64,000 nucleotides of DNA, taken from Chiloscyllium plagiosum (Eukaryota). Position numbers and translations under genes: made by a program. The number at the start of each line of letters is the position of its first letter. The first letter of the stretch is position 1. Positions 1 to 13,520 of the stretch are shown here, piece after piece. The notes below the pieces were generated by a model, which did not search any database, was not told the DNA's origin, and saw only the letters and a program-made list of their open reading frames with translations. The stretch covers positions 13,020,927-13,084,926 of the forward strand of contig NC_057754.1 in NCBI RefSeq assembly GCF_004010195.1. The letters run 5' to 3'.

Positions 1-265
1 GCCCCCACCCCCTCTCTGGCCTATCACCCTCACTTTATCACCTTCACCTCCTTCCAACTGTCACATTTCCAACGCCCCTCCCCCAAGTCCCTCCTCCCTA
101 CCTTTTATCTTAGCCTGCTGGACACACATTCCTCATTCCTGAAGAAGGGCTCATGCCCGAAACGTCGATTCTCCTGCTCCTTGGATGCTGCCTGACCTGC
201 TGCGCCTTTCCAGCAACACATTTTCAGCTCTGATCTCCAGCATCTGCAGTCCTCATTTTCTCCTG
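1..265 (+). mobile_element. Penelope-type non-coding terminal repeat (abundant family; other copies at 15951, 25575, 26860, 56754)
   Basis: CCTGAAGAAGGGCTCATGCCCGAAACGTCGATTCTCCTGCTCCTTGGATGCTGCCTGACCTGCTG recurs at least 5 times in the window in both orientations; carries a hammerhead-like core. Confidence 0.7.
136..170 (+). ncRNA. minimal hammerhead ribozyme-like motif
   Basis: CTGAAGA (139-145), stem GGGC-TCAT-GCCC (147-158), GAAA (159-162), then CGTC; stem I pairing is short and imperfect. Confidence 0.55.
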
Positions 266-269
266 CATA

Positions 270-3200
270 CATTCATTCAATGAAACAGAGAGCACGTGTT
301 AATTTAATGAGTAGAGCTTCTCTCATTTATTCAATGCCACGAGTTTAATGCTTTGGTTCAATGAAACAAACTTCACACTTGCATTCAATGAAACAGACTG
401 CCCACGTTAATACAATGAGTACAGTTTCTGCCATTTCTTACATGACTCGAGCTGAACGCTTTCATTCAATGAAACAATGTTCATTCAATCACTGAATCAA
501 ACTTCAATCACGGATTTAATGAATCAAACAGTATGCAGTGGCTCCAGTAAATAAACTGAAATAATTTGGTAATGAATCCAATACTCCTCATTCATTCAAT
601 GAATCAAACTGCACTCATTCTTTCAATGAAATATCTGGACATCTTAATCCAATGAGTAGAGCTTTTGACATTCATTCAATGATACAAAGTACACGCATTC
701 ATTCAGTGAAACAGACTGCGCGTGTTATTTCAATGAGTGGTGCTTCTCTCATTTATTCAGAGACCCGAGCTTAACGCTTTCATTCAATGAAACAAAGTGC
801 TTTCATTCAATTCATTGTTTCAACGAAATAAACAACTCATTTGTTTAGTAAATGAGTGCAGCTTTTGCCATTTTTTTTAATGAAACAAACTGCATGCATT
901 CATTCATTAAAACACATTCGGGACTCTGAATAAATGAGAGAAGCACTACTCATTGAAATAACACGTGCAGTCTGTTCAACTGAATCAATGCGTGTAGTTT
1001 GTATCATTAATTGAATGAATGCCAAAAGCTCTACACATTGGATTAGGACGTCCAGAGTATTTCAATGAAAGAATGAGTGCAGTTTGATTCATTTAATGAA
1101 TGAGTGCTATTGGATTCATAACCAATTATTTCAGTTTATTTTATTGAATCACTGAATATCGTTTGATTCACTAAATCAATGATTGAAGTTTGATTCAATG
1201 ATTGAATGAATGAGCGTTGTTTCATTGAATGAAAGCGTTTCGCTCGAGACATGGAATAAATGACAGAAACTATACTCACTGTATTAACATGGGCAGTCTG
1301 TTTCATTGAATGAATGAGTGCAGTTTGATTCATTGAATGAATGAATGCAGTTTGTTTCACGAAATAAATGATTTAATTTTATTTCATTGAATCAGTGATT
1401 GAAGCTTGAAGTCAATGATTAAAAGAATGCAGTTTGTTTCATTTAATGCCAGCGTTATGCTCGGGACATTGAAAAACGAGAGAAGCTCCTATCATTGAAT
1501 TAACATGTGCAGTCTGTTTCAATGAATGAATGCGTGCAGTTCGTTTCGTTGAATCAATTCGGAAACTCATGACACTGAACGAATGAGAGAAACACAACTC
1601 ATTGAATTAACAAATACAGTTTTGTTTTATTGAATGAATGTGTGCAGTTTGTTTCAATGAATCAATGCGTGGAAATGATGGCATTGAATGAATGAGAGAA
1701 GCGTGAATGAGAGAATTAAAGCGTGCAGTCTACTTTGTTGAATGAATGTGTGCAGTTTGTTAATTTGAATGAATGCGTGAAGTCTGTTTCAGTGCATGAC
1801 TGGCAAAAGCTCTACTCATTGGAATAGCAAATGCAGTTTGTTTCATTGAATGATTGCATGCAGTTGAATTTAATGAGTAAATAGATGAGTTAATTTGTTT
1901 CATCGAATCAATGAGTAACGTTTGAACTATTGAATCAATGATTGAAGTCTGATTCAATGATTGAATGAATGCAGTTTGTTTTATTGAATGAAAGCGTTAA
2001 GCTCGAGACATTGAATAAATGAGAGAAGCTCCTATCATTGAATTACCATGTGCGGTCTGTCTCATTGAATGCACTTTGTTTCGTTGAATCAATGCGTGAA
2101 ACTGATGCCACAGACTGAATGAGGGAAGCTCTACTCATTTAATTAATAAGTGCAGTTTGGATCATTGAATGAATGAGTTAAGCTTGAAACATTGAATGAA
2201 TGAGAAAAGCTATACTCATGGAATTAACACGTGCAGTGTGTTTCATTGAATGCATGAGTGCAGTTTGATTCATTGAACGAATGAATTCAGTTGGTTTCAC
2301 TAAATAAATGAGTTAAGTTTTTTCATTGAATCTACGAATAAATTTTGATTCATTAAATAAATGATTGAAGTTTGATTCAATGATTGAATGAATGCACGTT
2401 GTTTCATTGAATGTAAGCGTTATGCTCGGCACATTGAATTAACATGTGCAGTCTGTTTCATTCAAAGAATGCTTGTAGTTTGCTTCTTTGAATGAATGCG
2501 TTCAATGTGGTTCATTAAATGAATAGGAAAAGCTCTACTCGTTGGATTAGCACGTGTAGTGTGTTACATTGAATGAATGTGTGCAGTTTGATTCTTTGAA
2601 GGAATGAACACAGTTGGAATCACTAAAAAAACTGCGTTAACTTTATACGATTGCATGAATGTATAACGTTTGACTCATTGAATCAATGATTGAATGTTGA
2701 TTCAATGATTGAATGAATATGCTCATTGTTTCATTGAATTAAAGTGTTAAGCTCGGGACTCCGAATAAATGAGAGAAGCACTACTCATTGAAGTAACACG
2801 TGCAGTCTGTTTCACTGAATGAATGCATGTAGTTTGTTTCTTTGAATTAATGCGTTCAATGCGGTTTCGTGAATGGATAGCAAAAGCTTGACACAATGTA
2901 TTAGCACGTGTAGTGAGTGATATTGAATGCAGTCTGATTCATTGAAGGAATGAATACAGTCGGAATCACTAAAAAAACTGCGTTAAGTTTATATCATTGA
3001 ATGAATGTATAACGTTTGATTCATTGATTCAACGATTTAAGTTTGATTCAGTGATTGAATGAATGCTCATTGTTTCATTGAAAGGAAGCGTTAAGCTCGG
3101 TACTCTGAATAAATGAGAGAAGCACTGCTCATTGAAATAACACGTGTTATTTGTTTCATTCAATGAATGCATGCAGTTTGTGTCGTTGAATGAATGTGTT

Positions 3201-3566
3201 CAATGTGGTTCATTAAAGCTCTACTCATTGGATTAGCAGTGTGTTACATTGAAAGAATGTGCGCAGTTTGATTCATTGAATGAATGAATGCAGTTTGCTC
3301 ATTAAATAAATTAGTTAACTTTGTTTCATTGAATCAATGTTTGAAGTTTGATTTCAATGATTAAATGAATACAGTTAGTTTCATTAAACGAAAGAGTTAT
3401 GCTCTGGACATTGAATTAACATGTGCAGTCTGTTTCACTCAATGAATGCATGCAGTTTGTTTCATTGAATGAAAGCGTTTAGCTCGAGACATGGAATAAA
3501 TGATAAGATACTCTACTCCTTGTATTAACATGGTACGTCCAGGCAGTCTGTTTCATTGAATCAGTG
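270..3566. repeat. AT-rich satellite built from diverged ~23-25 bp units (TGCAGTTTGTTTCATTGAATGAA-like) with higher-order structure
   Basis: Continuous GAAT/ATTC-rich array; orientation flips near 915; diagnostic words recur ~345 bp apart (2621/2967, 2751/3095). Confidence 0.9.
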
Positions 3567-3799
3567 AACTTCCAGAGACAATAAGCCAGTGTATATATTT
3601 ATTGTCCATTGACTTTGTGTAATGTTGCTCCTGGTTTTATGTGCACTGTTGTCAAATTCTTTCATAATCTTGGGACATCATTCAGAGCATTGAGACTGCC
3701 GCGCAGTAACAGAAGGAAGTAATTTTATCCCCATGTCCCCAGCCTCTCAAGGACATGAGGGGAACTTTCTGCTTCTTGAGACTGCTATGCAGTGAATAT

Positions 3800-4980
3800 T
3801 AGTTCTAAAATACTGAAGGAGAAGAAAATTCCTAATATCAATGTTAAAGTTCTAAGGTGAGTCAGGCCAACTTTGAACATTTTACATTCGCACTTTGAAA
3901 AGCTGCTTTGGAGAAGCTATTGGCAGGAAAATGGGAGACCTTCACAAATGAGTTACAGAGTCTGGCGACAGCATGATCCCCTGTATGAGCAGGGTAATGC
4001 TGGTAGTTGTACGGAATGCTGAATGGCAAGTGGAATTGAGGCTTTGTTCAAGTAAAAGACGGAAGTTTATAGGTACAGACAGTAAGGATCGAGTGAATCC
4101 ATCGTGTAGTGCCAGGGCTGTAGGCAATACTGAAGAAGGAAATCAGGCGGGCACAATGGGCACATAAGATATCTTTCGAATATCGGGTAAGGGACAATCC
4201 AAAGAGATTCCACAAATACATTAAGGTCAAAAGAATAAGTAAGGAGTGAACAGGACCCCTTAAAGATTAGCAAAGTGACTTATGTGTGGAACTACAGGAG
4301 ATCAGTGAGATACTAAATAAATATTTTGCATCAGTATTTACTGTGGAATAGGATATGGAAGGTAGAGAACTTGTGGAAATGAACGGTGATATCTTGAAAA
4401 TTGTCCATATTACAGAAGATGAGGAGCTGGATATTTTAAAATGCACTAAGGTGGATAACTCCCTCTAACCTTTTAAGCGACTCTTGGTTAGGCACATGGA
4501 TTTTATTCTAATGAAGGGCATGAAGGTTAGTCTGAACTTAGAGTATGATCAACTGCTGGCACAGCATCAACAGCTCAAGGGCCTGTGCTGCACTGTTCTA
4601 TGATCCATGAACAGATCAGGTGTACCCCAGAATCTTTTGGGAAGCTAGGGAAGTAATTGTTAGGTCTCTGGCTGAGATACTTGTATCATGGACAGTCACA
4701 GGGAAGGTTGTGCCTTTGTTTAAGAACAGTTGGTAAGGAAAAGCCAGGAAACTGTAGCCCAGTGGGCCTGATGTCATTGGTGGGAAAGTTGTTGGAGGGG
4801 ATTCTGAGGGATAGGATTTACTTGCGTTTGGAAATGTAAAATCTGATTAGTGATAGTCAACATGACTTTGCGTGTGGGAAGTCTTGTCTCACTAATTTGA
4901 TTTAGTGCTTTGAAGAAGTGACGAATAAGATTGATGAAGGCACAGATATAGAACTGTGGAATAGAATATGGACTTTAATA
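3800..4980 (+). mobile_element. old CR1 LINE ORF2 fragment (host; continues at ~8595-9030)
   Basis: Degenerate CR1 motifs (KEKPGNCSPVGLMSLVGKLLEGILRDRIY, SCLTNL, MDFN); resumes AFKKVLHGKL after the nested insertion. Confidence 0.8.
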
Positions 4981-5159
4981 AGACCATAAAACCATAAGAC
5001 CATAAGGCATCGGAGTGGAAGTAAGTCCATTCGGCCCATCTAGTCCACTCCTCCATTCAATCATGGCTGATGCGCATTTCAGCTCCACTTACCAGCGTTC
5101 TCCCCGTAGCCCTTAATTCCTCTAGGCAACAAGAATCTATCAATCTCGGCCTTGAAGAC

Positions 5160-5276
5160 ATTTTCATTGAGTTGTAGAAATGAGTTGAGTTGCTATAAAT
5201 GTGTTTTGCTTATTGCTGATGTCTTTTCGAAGTGGATTGAAGCCTACCCTCCTCCTAACGCTACTGCTGAGACTGT
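5160..5276 (+). mobile_element. retroviral/LTR-element integrase fragment
   Basis: FIEL ... YKCVLLIADVFSKWIEAYPPPNATAETV resembles the start of the integrase core (DFIEL...YxLVxVDxFSxWxEAxP); ends at the gap. Confidence 0.7.
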
Positions 5277-6153
5277 NNNNNNNNNNNNNNNNNNNNNNNN
5301 NNNNNNNNNNNNNNNNNNNNNNNNNNNNNNNNNNNNNNNNNNNNNNNNNNNNNNNNNNNNNNNNNNNNNNNNNNNNNNNNNNNNNNNNNNNNNNNNNNNN
5401 NNNNNNNNNNNNNNNNNNNNNNNNNNNNNNNNNNNNNNNNNNNNNNNNNNNNNNNNNNNNNNNNNNNNNNNNNNNNNNNNNNNNNNNNNNNNNNNNNNNN
5501 NNNNNNNNNNNNNNNNNNNNNNNNNNNNNNNNNNNNNNNNNNNNNNNNNNNNNNNNNNNNNNNNNNNNNNNNNNNNNNNNNNNNNNNNNNNNNNNNNNNN
5601 NNNNNNNNNNNNNNNNNNNNNNNNNNNNNNNNNNNNNNNNNNNNNNNNNNNNNNNNNNNNNNNNNNNNNNNNNNNNNNNNNNNNNNNNNNNNNNNNNNNN
5701 NNNNNNNNNNNNNNNNNNNNNNNNNNNNNNNNNNNNNNNNNNNNNNNNNNNNNNNNNNNNNNNNNNNNNNNNNNNNNNNNNNNNNNNNNNNNNNNNNNNN
5801 NNNNNNNNNNNNNNNNNNNNNNNNNNNNNNNNNNNNNNNNNNNNNNNNNNNNNNNNNNNNNNNNNNNNNNNNNNNNNNNNNNNNNNNNNNNNNNNNNNNN
5901 NNNNNNNNNNNNNNNNNNNNNNNNNNNNNNNNNNNNNNNNNNNNNNNNNNNNNNNNNNNNNNNNNNNNNNNNNNNNNNNNNNNNNNNNNNNNNNNNNNNN
6001 NNNNNNNNNNNNNNNNNNNNNNNNNNNNNNNNNNNNNNNNNNNNNNNNNNNNNNNNNNNNNNNNNNNNNNNNNNNNNNNNNNNNNNNNNNNNNNNNNNNN
6101 NNNNNNNNNNNNNNNNNNNNNNNNNNNNNNNNNNNNNNNNNNNNNNNNNNNNN
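5277..6153. other. assembly gap (877 N)
   Basis: run of N. Confidence 1.
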
Positions 6154-6280
6154 TTCCAAAGTGCAAGACCTCACATTTGCTCACATTGAATTCCATCAAC
6201 CATTTCCTGGACCACTCCTCCAAACTGTCTAGCTCCTTCTGCAGCCTCCCCCCTTCCTCCGTACTACCTGCCTGTCCACC

Positions 6281-8005
6281 TCACTTCGTATCATCGGCAA
6301 TCTTCGCTAGAATGCCCCCGGTTCCCTCATCCAAATCGTTAATATATAATGCGAACAGCTGTGGCCCCAGCACCGAACCCTGCGGGACACCGCTCGTCAC
6401 CGGCTGCCATTCTGAAAAAGAATCTTTTATCCCAACTCTCTGCCTTCTGTTAGACAGCCAATCCTCAGTCCATCCCAGCAGCTCACCTCGAACACCATGG
6501 GCCCTCACCTTGCTCAACAGCCTCTCGTGTGGCACCTTATCAAAGGCCTTTTGAAAGTCTAGATATACCACATCCACTGGGTTTCCCTGGTCTAACCTAC
6601 TTGTTACCTCTTCAAAAAATTCCAACAGGTTTGTCAGGCATGACCTCCCTTTACTAAATTCATGTTGACTTGTTCTAATCAGACTCTGCTCTTCCAAGAA
6701 TTTAGAAACCTCATCCTTAATGATGGGTTCTAGAATTTTACCAACAACCGATTTTAAGCTGATTGGCCTATAATTTTCCATCTTTTGCCTTGATCCTTTC
6801 TTGAACAAGGGGGTTACAACAGCCATCTTCCAATCATCCGGGACCTTTCCTGACTCCAGTGACTCTTGAAAGATCTCAACCAATGCCTCTGCTATTTCCT
6901 CAGCCACCTCTCTCAGAACTCTAGGGTGTATCCCATCGGGGCCAGGAGATTTATCAATTTTAAGACTTTTTAATTTTTCTAGCACTATCTCTTTCGTAAT
7001 GGCAACCATACTCAACTCAGCCCCGTGACACCCTTTAATTTTTGGGATATTACTCATGTCTTCCACTGTGAATACTGACGCAAAGTACTTGTTAAGTTCT
7101 CCTGCTATTTCCTTATCTCCCATCACTAGGCTTCCTGCATCAGTTTGAAGTGGCCCAATGTCTACTTTTGCCTGTCGTTTGTTTCTTATGTACTGAAAGA
7201 AACTTTTACTATTGTTTCTAATATTACTGGCTAGCCTACCTTCATATTTGATCCTCTCCTTTCTTATTACACTCTTTGTTATCCTCTGTTTGCTTTTGTA
7301 TCCTTCCCAATCTTCTGATTTCCCACTGTTCTTAGCCATTTTATAGGATCTCTCTTTTTCTTTAATACATTTCCTGACTTCCTTTGTCAGCCAAGGTTGT
7401 CTAATCCCTCCCCGGTTAATCTTTCTTTTCTTGGGAATGAATCTCTGTACAGTGTCCTCAATTATACCTATAAACTCCTGCCATTTTTGCTCTACTGTCT
7501 TCCCGGTTAGCCTTTGCTTCCAGTCTATTTTAGTCAGTTCCTCTCTCATGCCCTCATAATTACCTTTATTCAACTGTAACACCATTACATCCGATTTTGC
7601 GTTCTCCCTTTCATACTCCAGATTGAACTCTATCATATTATGGTCGCTACTTCCTAAGGGTTCCCTTATTTTAAGATCTTTTATAGAGTCTGGTTCATTG
7701 CAAAGCTCTAGGTCCAGAATAGCCTGCTCTCTTGTGGGCTCCATGACAAGCTGTTCCAAAAAGCCATCCTGTAAGCATTCCATGAATTCCCTTTCTTTAG
7801 GTCCACTAGCAACATTATTTACCCAGTCCACCTGCATATTGAAGTCTCCCATGATCAATGTAACCTTGCCTTTCTGACATGCCTTCTCTATTTCCCGGTA
7901 TATGTTGCGTCCCTGGTTCTGACCACTGTTAGGAGGTCTATACACAACTCCAATTCTGTTTTTTTTGCCTTTGTGGTTCCTCAATTCCACCCACACAGAC
8001 TCCAC
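6281..8005 (-). CDS. CR1 ORF2 endonuclease-reverse transcriptase (574 aa open segment of a disrupted ORF)
   Basis: APE motifs GVVYRPP, MGDFN, SDHN; RT motifs [42 protein letters not shown] follows DDTK, then the frame continues GGQAG...MEFNVSKCEVLHFG; the N-terminus (LYLNAHSI, ITETWL) is frameshifted. Confidence 0.9.
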   Translation of the reverse strand: MESVWVELRNHKGKKNRIGVVYRPPNSGQNQGRNIYREIEKACQKGKVTLIMGDFNMQVDWVNNVASGPKEREFMECLQDGFLEQLVMEPTREQAILDLELCNEPDSIKDLKIREPLGSSDHNMIEFNLEYERENAKSDVMVLQLNKGNYEGMREELTKIDWKQRLTGKTVEQKWQEFIGIIEDTVQRFIPKKRKINRGGIRQPWLTKEVRKCIKEKERSYKMAKNSGKSEDWEGYKSKQRITKSVIRKERIKYEGRLASNIRNNSKSFFQYIRNKRQAKVDIGPLQTDAGSLVMGDKEIAGELNKYFASVFTVEDMSNIPKIKGCHGAELSMVAITKEIVLEKLKSLKIDKSPGPDGIHPRVLREVAEEIAEALVEIFQESLESGKVPDDWKMAVVTPLFKKGSRQKMENYRPISLKSVVGKILEPIIKDEVSKFLEEQSLIRTSQHEFSKGRSCLTNLLEFFEEVTSRLDQGNPVDVVYLDFQKAFDKVPHERLLSKVRAHGVRGELLGWTEDWLSNRRQRVGIKDSFSEWQPVTSGVPQGSVLGPQLFALYINDLDEGTGGILAKIADDTK

Positions 8006-8594
8006 ATCATCCGACGCTATGTCAATTCAATACCTAGATTTAATTTTGTTCTTAACTAACAAGGCAACCCCACCCCCTCTGCCCACCTCTCTGTCTTTTC
8101 GATAAGTTGAAAAAACATGGAGTTTTAACTGCCAGTCCCTGTAACCAAGTCTCTGTGATGCCTACTACATCATAATCATTCACTATTATCTGTGCCATTA
8201 GTTCATCGGCTTTGTTATGAATGCTATGAGCATTCAGATAAAGTGCCTTAATGCTAACTTCCTTATCATTAGAGATGTTGGAAGTCATATGTCCGAAGTT
8301 ATCCTTGCTTTTTACTGCATTCTCAGTCTGCCTCAATTTTAAATCCGCCTGGAAACATGCTATCCTGCTGCTTATCTTGCCATTTACCTCCATACTCCCT
8401 GTCGCTTTCACTTTCCCTTCCCTCCAACTCAGACATTTAAAGTCCTACTGACCACCCTATTTATCCTCTTCGCTAGAACATTGGTACCTGATCGGTTCAG
8501 GTGGAGACCGTCCCAACGGTACAGATCCCCCCTGTTCCAAAACTGATGCTAATGCCTCATGAAGTGGAATCCCTCTTTCCCACACCAATCCCTT

Positions 8595-9030
8595 AGGCAT
8601 TCAAAAAGGTACTGCATGGTAAACTGGTTAGCATGGTGAGATCAAATGGAATACAGGGAGAGTTGGAGGTAATTGCCTCGAAGGTAATAGGCGAAGGAAA
8701 TGTTTGTGGACAGTTATATTTTTTTGGACTGGAGTCCTGTGACCAGCAGTGTACCACAAGGATCTAATGGATTTTGTCATTTTATATAAAAGATTTGCAT
8801 ATGAATATAATAGGTATGGTTAGTGAGTTTGCAGATAACACCAAAATTGGTGAGGTAGTGGACAGTGAAGATGGTTAACTCAGAGTAAAACGGGACCCTG
8901 ATCAGATGAGCTAAAGGGCTGAAGAGTGGCTGATGGAGTTCTTGTTAGACAAACGGAAGGCGTAACATTTAGTTGAGGCAAATTGGGTCAGCACTTATTG
9001 GTAGGATCCTGGGAAGTGTTATCAAACACA
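8595..9030 (+). mobile_element. old CR1 RT fragment (continuation of 3800-4980)
   Basis: VTSSVPQGS, FADNTKIG, EWLMEF remnants. Confidence 0.75.
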
Positions 9031-9174
9031 GACAGCTACATAGAAATTATAGAAGCCCTGCACGATGGAACCAAGCCACTTGGCCCATCGAGTCCACACT
9101 GACGCTCCAGATAACATCCCAACCCACAAACCCTTACGTTAACCCGGTAATTTTAGATTTCCCATAGACAATGG

Positions 9175-12100
9175 CAATTCTCCGTAACTGTCCTCATTTT
9201 GTCTATGAATAGCAGACTAATAAGGGAGCACTTTGCCTGAGAAGCTTCAATATCTAACCATATTGAGGCCGAACACTCACGAACATCGGTACAGAAGATC
9301 TTAATTGATAGCTTTTAATATCCGGGAGATCTACTCCCCACAAATTGTGGGGTAATTGTAATTTGGTTAACTTGATAAGGGGTCGCTTATGGTGACACAT
9401 CAAAGAGCTAAATCATCCATTAGGCCTCCTAAATGTCTGTCTGGGTAACATCAAAGAAAGCATTCACACGGGGTATGGCAAACAAGGGAGGGAATTCATT
9501 TTAATAAGAGCTATCCGACCGAGCCAGGATATTGGAAGCGCTTCCCATCTTCGATGCTCTTGTTTAATTTTGTCAAACAAATTGACAAATTCCACGTTAA
9601 ATAAAAGTTCAAATAAAGGATTAATGAACATACCTAAAGACAGAATATCCCCATACACCTCCCCCCCCCCCCCCCCCCTCCGGGTACCATTGAAAAGGAT
9701 ATCGGATTCTCCCACGGCATCAGGTATTTCCCTATGTTCGCCCAGATGTATGGCCTCCGACTTTGTAAAATCAATCGTATCGCTGAAAAGGTAACAAATG
9801 AACCGATGCATTGCATGAGGTGAGGTACCAAAACTATGGGATTTAACAAAAATATAACACCATCATCTGCAGACAATGTAACCTTACATGACTTCTATCC
9901 CACTTCTGGGGACCCTGCAGATGGCCTTCGCCAATAGCTCAATCACCACCGGAAACAACAATGGCAAAAGGGGATAACATTGTCGACTGCCTCTAGAAAG
10001 ATTAATTTTACTGGATCACACACCATTGGTGAGAACCGTGGCCAGAGGATCGCTTTCAAGGACCCTCACCCACTTGATTAAAAACTTTACCTAGACCAAA
10101 CCATTCTAACGTAAAGAAGAGATGCAGTCACTCAACCCACTCAAATGTCTTCTCTGCCTCTAAAGGGATCAGTAATACCTGCATAATTTGTTGTGGGCTG
10201 GCTTGGATCATATTGAGTAATCTCCTAATATTGTTGCACTATCTGCAGCCCTTTATAAGCCGGTATGGTCCACTTTGTCAATGGTAGGCAACACAGTTTA
10301 AAGCCTTAATGTAACGGTCTCAGACAGAATTTTGTAATCAACATTTAAAAGTGAGATGGGCCGATAAGACACACAATCTTCCGGTGTCTTCCTTTTCTTA
10401 AGAATAAGAGGTACATGAGCCTCTCTTAAGGATGGTGAGAGGCAGTCGTGACTGTGTGAGTGACTAACATGGTAAGCATCGGCCCTGATAATGGGTTTAT
10501 AAATTCCTCATAAAATTCACTTGGATATCCATCAGGACCGGGCGCCTTTCCGCCTTGAAGCTGCTTTACACCCCCCTGCAATGACAATGGTGCATTAAGG
10601 CAAGACGCTTATTTGGGGGTTAATCCTGGAAGATCCCAGTTCTTGAAGAAAGACTCCATCTTAATCCATCTATCCTCATGATGCTCAGTCAGATATAATT
10701 CGGAGTAAAATCTCCGAAATGCTGTTTTAATCTTTATGGGAACGCAGGTAAGGGTCCAAGTACTTTCCCTAATTGAGGTAATAGCTTGGGGGCACTCCTT
10801 TCCCTCACAAGACAGGCTGAATACTTGCCCGACTTATCACCATGCTCAAACAGCCTTGATTTTGCAAAAGCAAATTCCTTCCTGGCTGTCTGTGTGTGCA
10901 TGCAAGTCACTGCAGACCGAAGCATTGTGATCCTCTGCAGCATAGCCACCGAGGATCTATCACAATATGCCCTCTCGGCTGCCTTCAACCGTGCCTGGAG
11001 CAAGAGTTCCTGCTCCAGCTTCTGCCGAATCCTAAGGAATAATTATTCTTTTGGCATAAGCCTTAGCAATTTCCCACAGAATGGATGGGTTACTGGTTTA
11101 ATCTGGATTAATGGCTAAGAAATATCTGAATTCATTACAGAAATGCTCAATGAACTTACTATCCTAAAGAATAAAGGAATCCATTCGCCAGTGTCTCAAA
11201 CCTGCTATATTGCCCTTAATCTTAACCGATAAGTATACTGCTGCACGTTGAGAAATGGTAGCATTCCCAAATGTACAGAACACCACTGAATCGAATATTG
11301 CTGCAAGGTGATGAAGAGATCAACACTAGTGTGGCATTTCTGCGAGTTAAAGAAGAAAGGAAAATCCCTATCTATGAGGTGGATCTGCCTCCCAACATCC
11401 ACCAGCCCCAGTTCCACACAAAAATCAACTAATTCCTTAGATTGTAGAGATGGTGCTGGGAGCAATTGGGCATGCTGTCCACCGTGGGTGCAAAAGACAA
11501 TTGAAATCTCCTCCTACAATAATGTCCTGCGAAGAATGATCACTTAATTTGGAAACTGCATCTGTCAGGAATTTAAGGCTGTGTGCCAGGCGGCAATAAG
11601 CATTCAAAATACCACTTTCTTCTCCATATATCTTTGAGGGTTATGATCCTCCCGTGGGTGTCTAATACAATCTAGTATTTTAAATGAAAGATTCTTCCTC
11701 ACCAGTATGGCTTCTCCCCTACTCCTAGAATTAAAAGACGAGAAATAAGCCCTTTCAAACCCACCTTGCTGTAATGTTAAATGTTCCTTGTCATCAAAGT
11801 GAATCTCCTGCAATACGACAATATCCACCTTCTCCTTTTTAAGTCTAGAAAGTACCTTTTCCCTCCTAACTGACGAATAGCTCCCCTTAATATTTCAGAT
11901 ACACCATTTAAGCACGACATTAGCCATTACACACTGAAACAATATTTGAACTCCAGAGAGGAAGAACTCGAATTACAAATCGCTGAGCATCAATGAAAAA
12001 AGACTCATAGAGCCTAAGAAAATACAAACTAAAGCTACTACAACTAACAAGCTCTCAAACGTTCCAAAACTAAATACATACAAAAACAAAATAAAAGGGT

Positions 12101-13520
12101 ACAAAGTGCCAATTGCAATCAGGAGGGGCATTTACCACCCCACCCCCCCCCCCCCCCGCCCACTGGGAGCATTTGCACGTCACAAATCTTTATCTTCTGC
12201 CACATTATCAATACTGCATCTAGGGCAATTAATCACAAAAATCAGGATTGAACTGCCCTTAGGTAGGCATTCAGTCATCATGATCACCTGCATAACTCCC
12301 TTCAGCTTGAGCCCAACCCGACATGCAAACTAAGCAAGAGAAAAACGAGTAGTAATACTAATGAAGAAGTTAGAAGTGTGTACTCTATCCATCCCCGACT
12401 ATAATTTAACACTGCTTAATACCAGAAACATTCAACAAACTTTCTTTTAAAAAAGAGAAACATGATTATCGCTTTCTATTAAAGCATCCAGCCTACTTTA
12501 AAGTATCCACAAAGTTTTCGCATCCTCTGGAGAGTCAGTGGATCTATTGAACGATCCACCAGTGCGTGGATCTATTCAAAGCATACGGAGCACCGCTGAG
12601 TTCATTAAGGAATACTGAATCTCAAGTTCCCTTAATCTTCTCTTGATATCATCAAAAGGTTTTCTTTTGTGACTCACTGCCGCTGAAAAGACCTGGAAAA
12701 ACATAATCTTGGAGTCCTCCTCCGGTCTTTTCCCTGTGTTCTGGAAGCTTCCATCAGTCTTTGTTTGTCCCTGCAACTATGTAATCGCACAGGGTGAGGG
12801 CGTTGGTCTGAGCCTGACCTGCGCACCGTAACCCGATGAACTGTCTCACTCTTCACTTGTCCTTCTTCAGCTTCGAAGTGAAGGAATCGCTGCAGCCAGT
12901 TCTCGCAAAAAAAACCTCACTGGCTGATCACCTTATGTCCGGCCCAGCAGACCGATGATATGAACATTCTTCATCCTGCTCTTGTTCTCGAGGTGGTCAC
13001 CTTGTTCAGTTAAGGTACGGACCTGTTTTTCAAGGGTGAGGATCTGGTCCTTACAGGAATCGATCACAGTCTCTGCCCTTGCAGTTTGGCGCTCAACCTC
13101 ATCTGTTCTGTTTCCAAGGCTTTCAAGTTGTTGCTCATGTTTTTGGAGCACGGCTGAGAATGGTTCTATCCTCCTGCTGAACTTTTCTTCACTCATAGCT
13201 TCAATCATTTCAGATAACTTGGTGAACTCGGTGACCAAGGCCTAGTGAGTAACTGGGTCCATTGAACGAGTAGAGGGGGGTTACAGGTGCGGCCACAGGC
13301 ATGCTTAAAGCTTCTGACGGTTGCGCTGCATGTTGGGACTTACTCGATCCTTTCCCGTGTTTTGTCATTTACACTTCACAAAACTGGATTAGTAAGGATT
13401 CTGTAGCTCTTTTAGTGTTGAATTGTAAGTTAACGATTGTCGTGGCATGGGTTAGAGCACCACTGTGATGCAGAGCCCAGCAAAGCAGACCTTTCAGATC
13501 ACTGCCATTTTGTTTCCCCC
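9175..13520 (-). mobile_element. decayed L1-clade LINE (5' UTR, ORF1, ORF2 EN-RT; 3' end missing)
   Basis: ORF1 remnants LENKSRMKNVHIIGL, coiled coil, IMFFQVFS..KRKPF; ORF2 start MANVVLKWCI*NIKG at 11927, DIVVLQEIH, FEHGDKSGK, KAPGPDG, LSADD, LPISWLGRIALIKMN; many stops and frameshifts. Confidence 0.9.

Larger units (their letters stand above)
4981..8594 (-). mobile_element. young CR1 LINE (5'-truncated within ORF1), spanning the first gap
   Basis: CR1 3' tail with CTTATGG-type repeats at ~4981-5160; ORF2 at 6154-8270; ORF1 esterase end DLYRWDGLHLNRSGTNVLA at ~8460-8540. Confidence 0.85.

Noticed and set aside
1136..1957. Short repetitive ORFs in the satellite
   Set aside because: Chance open frames in tandem repeat DNA
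5152..6232. Long ORFs of 320-345 aa, and similar ones at 49434-50374
   Set aside because: Artefacts of reading through N gaps
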